DNA of 20,000 nt from an uncultured virus (IMG/VR IMGVR_UViG_3300027708_000052) (IMGVR_UViG_3300027708_000052); one strand, 5' to 3'; positions 9,652 to 17,622 are shown, counted from the stretch's first letter. Program-made: numbers and translations. The notes: a model not told the origin generated them from the letters alone.

Positions 9652-10623
9652 ATGATATTCGACGAACAAATCTCACGCAAACCTAACAATTATAAATGGA
9701 CTGACGAATTTATTGAGTCTATGCACAATGGATTCTGGACAGACAAAGAGTTTTCCTTTAAAGCTGATGTTCAGCAGTTTAAAGTAAATCTAACAGAACA
9801 AGAAAGAGAAATTGTTATTCGTACTTTATCAGCTATTGGACAAATTGAAATTGCTGTTAAGACATTCTGGGCTAAGCTCGGGGAAAATCTTCCTCAACCT
9901 TGCTTTCAGGATTTAGGTTATGTTATGGCTAATACGGAGGTTATTCATAACAACGCTTACGAGCGCCTACTTTCTATACTCGGGCTCGAAGATGTATTTG
10001 AAGAGAACTTAAAGCTTGAATGGATTGAAGGAAGAGTCAAATATCTTCGTAAGTATACTCATAAGTTCTACAAGGACTCAAAGAAGCAGTATCTCTATGC
10101 TATTATTCTTTTTACTCTCTTTGTTGAAAACGTTTCTTTATTCTCACAGTTCTATGTAATCAACTGGTTTGCACGCTTTAAGAATGTTCTTAAGGACACC
10201 GATCAACAAGTTAAATATACACGCAATGAAGAAAACATTCATGGTATTGTTGGTACAAAGATTATTAATACAATTAGAGAAGAATATCCTGAACTTTTTG
10301 ATAAGGAACTCGAAGAACGCATTCTTCATGAAGCTCAAGAGGCTTATAAGTCTGAAGCTAAAATTGTTGATTGGATGGTCAACGGAGTAAAGGAAGAGGG
10401 GTTATCAGCTCCTATTCTTAAAGAATTTATTAAAGGTAGAATTAACGAATCATTAAAAGGTATCGGGTTTCCTTCTGCTTTTGATATTGATAGTGAATTA
10501 ATCAAAAAGTCAAATTGGTTTAATGAAGAATTGCTCGGTAATAATATGACAGACTTTTTTCATAGTCGTCCTGTTGAATACTCAAAGAAATCGCAGTCTT
10601 TTTCAGAAGATGATTTATTCTAG
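9652..10623 (+). CDS. nrdB: Ribonucleotide reductase beta subunit, class Id (NrdBi)-like
   Basis: Ferritin-like ligands E66, E96-x-x-H99, E159, E194-x-x-H197; Y103; K70 in QIEIAVK; ENVSLFSQF; C-terminal DFFHSRPVEYSK...DDLF. Confidence 0.95.
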   Translation: MIFDEQISRKPNNYKWTDEFIESMHNGFWTDKEFSFKADVQQFKVNLTEQEREIVIRTLSAIGQIEIAVKTFWAKLGENLPQPCFQDLGYVMANTEVIHNNAYERLLSILGLEDVFEENLKLEWIEGRVKYLRKYTHKFYKDSKKQYLYAIILFTLFVENVSLFSQFYVINWFARFKNVLKDTDQQVKYTRNEENIHGIVGTKIINTIREEYPELFDKELEERILHEAQEAYKSEAKIVDWMVNGVKEEGLSAPILKEFIKGRINESLKGIGFPSAFDIDSELIKKSNWFNEELLGNNMTDFFHSRPVEYSKKSQSFSEDDLF

Positions 10624-10651
10624 TTGTTGTCTAGGATTTTGAGATTAAAAT
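10624..10651 (+). promoter_or_regulatory. Putative sigma70-like promoter for nrdA
   Basis: TTGTTG-N16-TAAAAT in the 40-nt nrdB-nrdA gap. Confidence 0.4.
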
Positions 10652-10663
10652 AATAGATACAAC

Positions 10664-12313
10664 ATGAACAAAGACATTTATTGGCTTAATAAGGATTCGA
10701 GAAAATTTCTCAGCCGAGGTTACCTTATAGAAGGAGAAACCGCCGAACAACGTATTAAGGATATTGCTGAAAAAGCTGAGCACTATTTAAATCTTCCAGG
10801 CTTCGCTGATAAGTTTGAAGATTATATGCATAGAGGTTTTTACTCTCTAGCATCTCCTATCTGGTCTAATTTTGGTCGTATTAGAGGTCTACCTATTTCA
10901 TGTTTTGGTTCGTATGTAAATGATGATATGGATGATATTCTCTATAAAGTAGCTGAAATTGGAGTTATGTCTAAAGTAGGTGGAGGTACATCCGGTTACT
11001 TTGGTGCCATCCGTCCTAGAGGTACACCTATATCATCAGGAGGTGAAGCGACAGGGGTACATCATCAGTTAACCGTATTTGAGTCTTTAACAAATTATAT
11101 TTCTCAGGGTAACGTTCGTCGTGGATCATTTGCTGCTTATCTACCTATTGATCATCCTGATATTGAAGAGTTCTTAAAGATAAGAGGAGAAGGAGATGAT
11201 ATTCAGAATCTTTCTATTGGTGTTTGTATTTCTGATAAGTGGATGAAATTAATGATAGAGGGTGATAAAGAGAAGCGTACTATCTGGGGCCTAGTCATTA
11301 AAAAACGCTTTGAGTCAGGCTATCCCTATATTTACTTTAGTGATAACGCTAATAAGCAGGCCCCTAAAGTTTATAAGGATAAAGGTCTAAAGATTAATAA
11401 TAGTAATCTTTGTACTGAGATTATGCTATCAAACGGAATTGATGAATCTTTTGTTTGTGATCTTTCTTCTCTTAATTTAGAACGTTGGGAAGAATGGAAG
11501 GATACAGATGCTGTTGAAACTCTAGTTTACTTTCTTGATGCAGTAATGACTGAGTTTATTAATAAAACAGAAGGAATGAAGTTTATGGAACATCCTAGAA
11601 ACTTCGCTATTAATCAGCGTGCTCTTGGTGTTGGTGTTCTTGGTTGGCATTCTCTTCTTCAGCTTAAAATGATCGGTTTTGAATCGATGGCTGCTAAGAT
11701 GCTCAATAATCAAATTTGGAAATTTATTCGTGAAAAAGCAGATTTAGCTTCTGAGACGTTAGCTAAAGAATACGGAGAACCACCACTCCTTAAAGGATAT
11801 GGTCGTCGTAATTCTACTACTCTTGCTATAGCACCTACTACATCTAGTTCCTTTATTCTTGGGCAAGTATCTCCGTCTATTGAACCTCTTAATAGTAACT
11901 ACTTTGTTAAGGATTTAGCGAAAGGTAAGTTTACATATAGAAACCCCTATCTTAAAAAGCTTCTTAAAGATAAAGGTAAAGATGATGACGATACCTGGAT
12001 GACTATCCTTAAAAAAGGTGGTTCTGTACAAAGTTTAAATTTTCTTACTCAAGAAGAAAAGGATGTATTTAAAACTTTTGGAGAAATCTCACAAAAAGAA
12101 ATTATTATTCAGGCTGCTGGTCGTCAAAAGTATATCGATCAAGGTCAATCATTAAACGTAATGATTCCTCCTAATACTAAGCCAAAGGAAGTTAGTGAAC
12201 TTTATATCTTTGCTCACGAAATGGGTCTTAAAAGTCTTTACTATCAGAGAAGTGCTAACCCTGCACAAGAGCTTGCTCGTTCAATACTTACTTGTTCGAG
12301 TTGTGAAGCTTAG
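10664..12313 (+). CDS. nrdA: Ribonucleotide reductase alpha subunit, compact and without an ATP-cone (NrdAi-like)
   Basis: PISCF, GGGTS, SNLCTEI (thiyl Cys), VCDL, AIAPTTSSS, IDQGQSLN, LKSLYY and C-terminal CSSCEA. At 549 aa there is no room for an N-terminal ATP-cone. Confidence 0.95.
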   Translation: MNKDIYWLNKDSRKFLSRGYLIEGETAEQRIKDIAEKAEHYLNLPGFADKFEDYMHRGFYSLASPIWSNFGRIRGLPISCFGSYVNDDMDDILYKVAEIGVMSKVGGGTSGYFGAIRPRGTPISSGGEATGVHHQLTVFESLTNYISQGNVRRGSFAAYLPIDHPDIEEFLKIRGEGDDIQNLSIGVCISDKWMKLMIEGDKEKRTIWGLVIKKRFESGYPYIYFSDNANKQAPKVYKDKGLKINNSNLCTEIMLSNGIDESFVCDLSSLNLERWEEWKDTDAVETLVYFLDAVMTEFINKTEGMKFMEHPRNFAINQRALGVGVLGWHSLLQLKMIGFESMAAKMLNNQIWKFIREKADLASETLAKEYGEPPLLKGYGRRNSTTLAIAPTTSSSFILGQVSPSIEPLNSNYFVKDLAKGKFTYRNPYLKKLLKDKGKDDDDTWMTILKKGGSVQSLNFLTQEEKDVFKTFGEISQKEIIIQAAGRQKYIDQGQSLNVMIPPNTKPKEVSELYIFAHEMGLKSLYYQRSANPAQELARSILTCSSCEA

Positions 12314-12675
12314 CACGGTTTTTTTGGCCAAACTACTTCGGAGGGAGTATGATAACTTTGAGGTATATTTCTTAAAGTAGTTCTGTAATTTAGCCATGCT
12401 TGTTTGTTTTTGACAGGTGTGTTTGGAAGATCAATCCAATCTGTTTCGGTTAGTAAAACTTTTCTAATAGACCGTATTTCTTCCCAAGTAATATTTGAAG
12501 ACGGTTCAATTAATATTGAATTTTTATCAGATTTTAAAATAATCTGAGTATTATTACACTGTGCTTCATATATTAAAGCGTATTCTTCTTGTGTAATTTC
12601 AATGCAATCTGATGGAATATTATCAACATGAATTTCTGTAATATAGAAACCTTTTGTTGATGGTGAATATTTCAC
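12310..12675 (-). CDS. Tail fibre assembly chaperone (Tfa / Phage_tail_APC-like)
   Basis: GTG start. YSPSTKGFY...IPSDCIEITQEEY N-terminus and IRSIRKVLLTETDW...WLNYRTTLRNIPQ...VVWPKKP C-terminus. Directly downstream of a fibre-tip gene. Confidence 0.85.
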   Translation of the reverse strand: MKYSPSTKGFYITEIHVDNIPSDCIEITQEEYALIYEAQCNNTQIILKSDKNSILIEPSSNITWEEIRSIRKVLLTETDWIDLPNTPVKNKQAWLNYRTTLRNIPQSYHTPSEVVWPKKPC

Positions 12676-12681
12676 GTTAGA

Positions 12682-13155
12682 TTAACAACCAATAGCAAAC
12701 CAAAATATACCGTCCTGAGTTGATCCTCCCATTGAGCGTAATTTAAACTGAGTACTACTTATAATCTGACCGCCTGCTACCGGTTGACTTGCATCAGCGT
12801 CTTGAGAAATATATATTTGAAATCCTTTATTTGGAAAAGCTATAGGGAAGCTATATGTTACTGGATTAGCATTTATTAGAGCATAGCCCCACTGCATAAT
12901 AAGCCCTGATGGAAATTTTTGCCATCCGTTAGATGATAAGCTGGATTTAAAACTAGATGAAAGAGTCGTTACTACTGTATTAAGGTTAGTAAGAGTAGAT
13001 GAAATACTACTCACGTTTGTTGACAACGCAACAATCTGTGTACCAAAATAGTTTGTATTAGCATTAATATAACCTAAAGAATCCCCTATACAATCTTCTC
13101 TGTTAATTGTCCAAGGTCCTGTTGCAGGTATTACCGGTGTAAATATATTAGCCAT
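12682..13155 (-). CDS. Miniature tail fibre / receptor-binding protein (157 aa)
   Basis: C-terminal NGWQKFPSGLIMQWG...TYSFPIAFPN...WFAIG is a widespread tail-fibre tip domain. Ser/Thr-rich heptad-like middle. N-terminal CIGDSLGYINANTNYF. Confidence 0.8.
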   Translation of the reverse strand: MANIFTPVIPATGPWTINREDCIGDSLGYINANTNYFGTQIVALSTNVSSISSTLTNLNTVVTTLSSSFKSSLSSNGWQKFPSGLIMQWGYALINANPVTYSFPIAFPNKGFQIYISQDADASQPVAGGQIISSTQFKLRSMGGSTQDGIFWFAIGC

Positions 13156-13164
13156 ACGTTATCT

Positions 13165-13172
13165 ATTATTTA
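13165..13172 (-). promoter_or_regulatory. Putative late promoter TAAATAAT before the mini-fibre gene
   Basis: GATAAATAATAGATAACGTATG; overlaps the gp16 stop codon. Confidence 0.5.
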
Positions 13173-13663
13173 TCTTCTTTTTCCTCTACAACAACTGAAT
13201 CAATTACTGTTGCTTGAATAGGTTCGCTATCTACTTCACTTAAAAGTTTTTTAAAAATATCTTCTCTAGATCCTACAAACAGTGTATTATTAACAGTGGT
13301 ATTACCTTGTAAATTACCGGCTATTTCTTTTTTACCTTTAATATCCATTTCTTTTAATTGTTTATCAAATTCCGCTTTTTTGTTCAAAAGATTAATTCTG
13401 TTTAATGCTTCTATACTTTTTGTAGCAGCAGATATAAGCTCTGATAAAGCTGCTAGTTCATCGGGATTTTGCCCTTGAACGATATAATCTTTAATATCAT
13501 CGATAGCATCTATACTAGTATCTATTAAATGACTAGTTCTTTTAACAATATACTCATTAATATTTGAATCATCTACATTCATACTTTGTGTAGACGGTTT
13601 AGGGGTAACGGGTAAACTAAACGATGATAATTCGTTAAGTAGTGTGTCAATAGAGTCGGACAT
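13166..13663 (-). CDS. gp16: Terminase small subunit, T4 gp16-like
   Basis: Helical hairpin (NPDELAALSELISAATKSIEALNRI) followed by TTVNNTLFVGSREDIFKKLL, the typical C-terminal motif of gp16 in T4-like phages. Start is 13663 (MSDSID) or 13669. Confidence 0.75.
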   Translation of the reverse strand: MSDSIDTLLNELSSFSLPVTPKPSTQSMNVDDSNINEYIVKRTSHLIDTSIDAIDDIKDYIVQGQNPDELAALSELISAATKSIEALNRINLLNKKAEFDKQLKEMDIKGKKEIAGNLQGNTTVNNTLFVGSREDIFKKLLSEVDSEPIQATVIDSVVVEEKEDK

Positions 13664-13684
13664 TAACATTAATTAAGCTTATAG

Positions 13685-13712
13685 TTGATATTCTTAAACT
13701 ATCTATTAATAT
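13685..13712 (+). promoter_or_regulatory. Putative sigma70-like promoter for the 54-aa ORF and dut
   Basis: TTGATA-N16-TAATAT in the divergent intergenic gap. Confidence 0.5.
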
Positions 13713-13721
13713 ATTGTATAT

Positions 13722-13886
13722 ATGGAAATTACTGTAAATACTATGTACGGAACATTCATTGTTCCAAGAGAAAAAACTGATGCTCTTATTGCTTGGCTTC
13801 AAGCTAATGCTGTTAAGCCTGGTCAATCACCAATCGGTGAAGTAAAACAGGGTGAATATACTGGACGTCAACTTATTAATGAGTAA
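13722..13886 (+). CDS. Small hypothetical protein (54 aa)
   Basis: Below the ORF-track cutoff: MEITVNTMYGTFIVPREKTDALIAWLQANAVKPGQSPIGEVKQGEYTGRQLINE*. It fills the gap between a promoter-like site and dut, and its stop lies 1 nt before the ATG at 13888. Confidence 0.8.
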   Translation: MEITVNTMYGTFIVPREKTDALIAWLQANAVKPGQSPIGEVKQGEYTGRQLINE

Positions 13887-13887
13887 T

Positions 13888-14394
13888 ATGACAGCACAAG
13901 AATTACAAACTTTACAGCAAACAAATCCAGAGGCATTAACAGAGCTTTATAAGTTTAAGTTTGTTAAGACACATCCCGATGCAGTACTGCCAAAGCGTAA
14001 TCATAACGATCCTATTTTTGGTGATTCAGGGTATGATGTAACGGCTGTTGAAGATATTGTTGTACCTGCTAAAGGAGCCGTTATTGTACCGGTTGGTTTA
14101 AAGCTTGGTCAATTACCTCCTGGTTTTTGGATTCGTATTGAGAGTCGCTCCGGTCTTCAGTTTAAGCATAATATTTCAGCCTTCAATGGTATTATTGATA
14201 ATAACTATCGTGGGGATATGGGTGTAAGGCTTATTAATAGTTCTGATATTGATTATCAAGTAAAGAAAGGTGATCGTGTAGCGCAGCTTGTACTTTATCC
14301 CTTAATTGCTGTAGATGAAAAGTATGTTGAGTTTACAGAAGAAGTTACAGAAACTGATCGTGGTGAAAAAGGTTTTGGATCTTCCGGTAAGTAA
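13888..14394 (+). CDS. dut: Trimeric dUTPase
   Basis: All five motifs present: SGYDV, SRSGL, GIIDNNYRG, RVAQLV, RGEKGFGSSG. Start is more likely ATG 13888 (or 13879) than GTG 13852. Confidence 0.96.
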   Translation: MTAQELQTLQQTNPEALTELYKFKFVKTHPDAVLPKRNHNDPIFGDSGYDVTAVEDIVVPAKGAVIVPVGLKLGQLPPGFWIRIESRSGLQFKHNISAFNGIIDNNYRGDMGVRLINSSDIDYQVKKGDRVAQLVLYPLIAVDEKYVEFTEEVTETDRGEKGFGSSGK

Positions 14395-14403
14395 GCGTAT
14401 AAT
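14375..14403 (+). promoter_or_regulatory. Putative sigma70-like promoter for the clamp loader
   Basis: TTGGAT-N17-TATAAT, with the ATG 6 nt after the -10 element. Confidence 0.55.
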
Positions 14404-14409
14404 AGCTAC

Positions 14410-15327
14410 ATGTTTCAAGAGCTGCTGGTAGAAAAGTATCGTCCTAAAACACTGGATGATATTGTATTGAATAAAGAAGAAAAAGAATATTTTGTCTCTT
14501 TAAAAGAAAAAGAAGAAATACCTAATCTTCTTTTTGCTGGTTCACCAGGTACAGGTAAAACGTCGTTAGCTAAAATTATTGTTAGTAATGTACTAGACTG
14601 TCAATATCTTTATATTAATGCATCGGATGAAAATGGTATTGATACTATTAGATCTAAAGTAATTGGATTTTCATCTACTAAATCTTTAGATGGTAAACTA
14701 AAAGTAGTTCTTTTCGATGAATGTGATGCTTTATCATTAGACTCTCAAAAAGCTCTTCGTAATGTAATTGAAGAATATTCTGAAAATACACGTTTTATTT
14801 TTACATGCAATTATCTCTTTAAGGTAATACCAGCTCTTCAATCTCGTTGTCAAATTTATAATCTTGCACCGCCTCTCGATGGAGTTTTAAATAGAGTTGT
14901 TCATGTTCTTAAACAGCAGGGTATTACTGTACCTAATGAAGAAAAAACAAAACTAGTAGAACTTGTAAGAAAAGGTTATCCTGATCTTCGTCGTATTATT
15001 AATGATATACAGAAGTTTTCCTATACCGGTACTTTAGTCGTTAAGGATAACCATGTTAAAAATATTGCTGAAAATGTAGTACAAAAAATTAAAGCAAAGA
15101 CTAGCTTAATTGAGTTGCGTAAATATGTAATTGAAAGAGAGCAAGAATTTTCTGGAGATTATTTACATCTATTAAAGGAAATGTTTGAAGTTGTTTATAG
15201 TATGAATGAGACTATTAATAGCGATGTATTAATATTAATTTCTGATTATATGTATAAAGATAGTATTGTTATCGATAAAGAAATTAATTGGTTTAGCTGC
15301 TGTATTAATTTGCAAAAATTATTTTAA
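14410..15327 (+). CDS. gp44: Sliding clamp loader AAA+ subunit (T4 gp44 / RFC small subunit-like)
   Basis: VEKYRPKTLDDIV, Walker A GSPGTGKTS, INASDENGIDTIR, Walker B LFDECD, TCNY and the SRC arginine finger. Confidence 0.95.
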   Translation: MFQELLVEKYRPKTLDDIVLNKEEKEYFVSLKEKEEIPNLLFAGSPGTGKTSLAKIIVSNVLDCQYLYINASDENGIDTIRSKVIGFSSTKSLDGKLKVVLFDECDALSLDSQKALRNVIEEYSENTRFIFTCNYLFKVIPALQSRCQIYNLAPPLDGVLNRVVHVLKQQGITVPNEEKTKLVELVRKGYPDLRRIINDIQKFSYTGTLVVKDNHVKNIAENVVQKIKAKTSLIELRKYVIEREQEFSGDYLHLLKEMFEVVYSMNETINSDVLILISDYMYKDSIVIDKEINWFSCCINLQKLF

Positions 15328-15581
15328 TTACCGCAGCATCTTGCTGGAGATGCTACTATAGGTCTTAAAATAGCTGTATTTGTATATCCTGGTGTATAAC
15401 TACCGGTAGGTGTTTTATTAACAGGTTTAAATGATGCTAAAAAATTATCTACATCATCTGTTACTTGTTGTTGACTAGTATACGTTTTTGATTTATAAAT
15501 TTCAGCATTATTGTTTGAATTATAAACCGTGCCAACATACTGTCCATTAACTATGTCTATTGATGTGTAGTAGTTTGTCAT
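15324..15581 (-). CDS. Hypothetical protein (85 aa) ending in RCCGN
   Basis: ATGA overlap with the stop of the hub gene suggests translational coupling. Confidence 0.75.
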   Translation of the reverse strand: MTNYYTSIDIVNGQYVGTVYNSNNNAEIYKSKTYTSQQQVTDDVDNFLASFKPVNKTPTGSYTPGYTNTAILRPIVASPARCCGN

Positions 15582-17254
15582 ATAATATCGTTAAATTGTG
15601 GGTCTAGAGGAGCATATCTATTTATCTTAACAGCTGTAATATCATTATAGTACATTTCTGTTTCAAATACATGCTTTACATCTATTATTAGCCATTGACC
15701 AAAGAACTTATCCGCAAAAGCGCTAGGATCAACTCCTTCGGTTTTATCAATAGCAATAAACGTACCTGGTTCTCTAAATGGTAAACCTAAAGCACGAAAA
15801 TTAATACAAGCATTATGATATACACCTATCTTAAGTAGAGTTTGTAGCCCGGGTGTTTGTCTTAAGATTATATCGTCTCCGTATGGAGTAAAAACAGGTT
15901 TAACGTTTTTAGACTGTTTATCCTTATCTAAAGTTATTAAAAATAAATCATTAGCGCCGAGACCTTGACCACCTTGAGTATATAGATTATTAATATAGTT
16001 ATTAACCATAAATGTACGAGCAGATTGCACACTATTATTTTCAAAATCTACATTGAATATTCTCTGATTAAAGTCGAAAGAATGAACCGGTGTTGTACAA
16101 AAACTATTTGAATTTGTAATAGCAGCAATATCAACAAATTGATAGCTTTTTATTATATTATATTTTGAAAGTTTCATATCTACAGAGCTACTATTTTTAT
16201 TGCTAGTAGGAGATCTCATTGTTTTGCTCGATCTTGATTTTGTGTCTCCGTAACTTTGTAAGTAAAAATGTTCATATTGATATTCACCGGGTTCGTTTTT
16301 ACCGGCTTTTTCGTAATAACTAGCCATTGATTTTAAACTAAATTGACCAACATCGTACTGTGTAGGTCCACGCTCTTTAGTTAAAATACAAAAATCATGA
16401 GGTATATCAGGAGTAGAATCATCGGTACTTTGTGGTTGACCTGTATTTTTTACTGTGCTAGAATGGTAATTATATATGTACATTAAACTATCATATGCAG
16501 TAGTTTCAGTAGGAGCTGTATAAAAAATATTTGTAGCACCTTTATCCCAATTATTTTTATCAATAGGGTTCTCAGCATGAGGGACTCCTTCTAAAGATTG
16601 TTCAATAATTTCCTGCATTGCATCTCCAGTAAGAATACTTGCAGGGTTACTATAAATTGATCCAGGGGTACTTTGAGTAGAAGTAGCTTTATCCGAAAAC
16701 CCAGTTGAATACTCTAAATTATATGTACTCATTTTTTGATACCAAAAATCATTAAAATATACTTTTAAACATTTTATCATACTAGATGCTGCATTAGTTG
16801 CTCCAGGAGGAGATTCAACATCTTCTACATCATAAATAGAAAATAAATATGACAAGGACCACATAACAGGGTCTATATCTTTTAATATACTGTTAATATT
16901 ACTAGGAGATTTATTATCGTTTAAAATAGGTTTTATTCTTATACGTAATAAATCGTTACCGTCGTTTCTAAAAACATAAGCTTGCGGTCCATTAGGTAAT
17001 GAAATACCGGTAGTAGCACTTTCATATTGACCGGTAGCATTATCGTATTTTTCACTTCCTGATTCAGGATTATATGAAAAAGTTAAGACTCCTCTAGTGC
17101 TCCACTCTACTAGAGTTTCCTGTATAGATAAATTAATAATAGCGTTTGGGTTGATAGGGTAAGGGGTACCGCTACCGTTATCTAAATAAATTTCAAACTC
17201 ATGTTTTAACTGATTAAATCTTTGAGTAAATACAGCATCTTTAACTATATTCAT
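15578..17254 (-). CDS. Putative baseplate hub protein (T4 gp27 / Mu gp44 / P2 gpD-like)
   Basis: C-terminal INFRALGLPFREPGTFIAID...FFGQWLIIDVKHVFETEMYYNDITAVK fits the hub-family end. N-terminal IINLSIQETL. Synteny after the LysM/gp53 gene. Confidence 0.65.
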   Translation of the reverse strand: MNIVKDAVFTQRFNQLKHEFEIYLDNGSGTPYPINPNAIINLSIQETLVEWSTRGVLTFSYNPESGSEKYDNATGQYESATTGISLPNGPQAYVFRNDGNDLLRIRIKPILNDNKSPSNINSILKDIDPVMWSLSYLFSIYDVEDVESPPGATNAASSMIKCLKVYFNDFWYQKMSTYNLEYSTGFSDKATSTQSTPGSIYSNPASILTGDAMQEIIEQSLEGVPHAENPIDKNNWDKGATNIFYTAPTETTAYDSLMYIYNYHSSTVKNTGQPQSTDDSTPDIPHDFCILTKERGPTQYDVGQFSLKSMASYYEKAGKNEPGEYQYEHFYLQSYGDTKSRSSKTMRSPTSNKNSSSVDMKLSKYNIIKSYQFVDIAAITNSNSFCTTPVHSFDFNQRIFNVDFENNSVQSARTFMVNNYINNLYTQGGQGLGANDLFLITLDKDKQSKNVKPVFTPYGDDIILRQTPGLQTLLKIGVYHNACINFRALGLPFREPGTFIAIDKTEGVDPSAFADKFFGQWLIIDVKHVFETEMYYNDITAVKINRYAPLDPQFNDII

Positions 17255-17258
17255 ATTA

Positions 17259-17609
17259 TTATTTTTGTGTTGTAAGCTGTTGTAATATTATAGGTATATA
17301 ATTTGATTTTAATATATTAATTTTTTTACCTACTGTTGGATTTTGAACCGGGTTATGTATTCCGTTTGTAGCTATTATAATCCACCAAAGATTAGGTGTG
17401 TTATAATTCTTATATGAAATATTAGGCCAAGTATCACCAGGAACGGGAAAATAAGTTTTATAAAAACCAGCAGGTAAATTATCAGGTATTGTTACAGATT
17501 GTAACAAATTATAATAATAAAACCCATCTTTGTCTTGATAAACATTAAAAATATTTTCAAGATGTTCGTTGTTTAACGATGGTAAACTTTTTATGCTGTT
17601 TTGTTTCAT
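17259..17609 (-). CDS. gp53: Baseplate wedge LysM-like protein (T4 gp53 / P2 gpX-like)
   Basis: GDTWPNISYKNYNTPNLWWIIIATNGIHNP...GKKINIL motif. Confidence 0.85.
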   Translation of the reverse strand: MKQNSIKSLPSLNNEHLENIFNVYQDKDGFYYYNLLQSVTIPDNLPAGFYKTYFPVPGDTWPNISYKNYNTPNLWWIIIATNGIHNPVQNPTVGKKINILKSNYIPIILQQLTTQK

Positions 17610-17622
17610 TTAATTAAGTTTA

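Noticed and set aside
9652..12313. Intron, intein or homing endonuclease in the nrd genes
   Set aside because: Both ORFs are continuous and compact, with motifs in the expected order and no insertion.
12682..13155. DGR target or invertible fibre cassette
   Set aside because: No template repeat, reverse transcriptase, invertase or flanking inverted sites seen in the window. A remote template cannot be excluded.
10144..13478. Short ORFs 10144-10338, 10169-10390, 11522-11713, 12195-12380, 13296-13478
   Set aside because: All overlap well-supported genes (nrdB, nrdA, chaperone, terS) out of frame or antisense.
13852..13887. GTG 13852 as the dUTPase start
   Set aside because: It overlaps the upstream 54-aa ORF. 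ATG 13888 (or 13879) fits coupling better.
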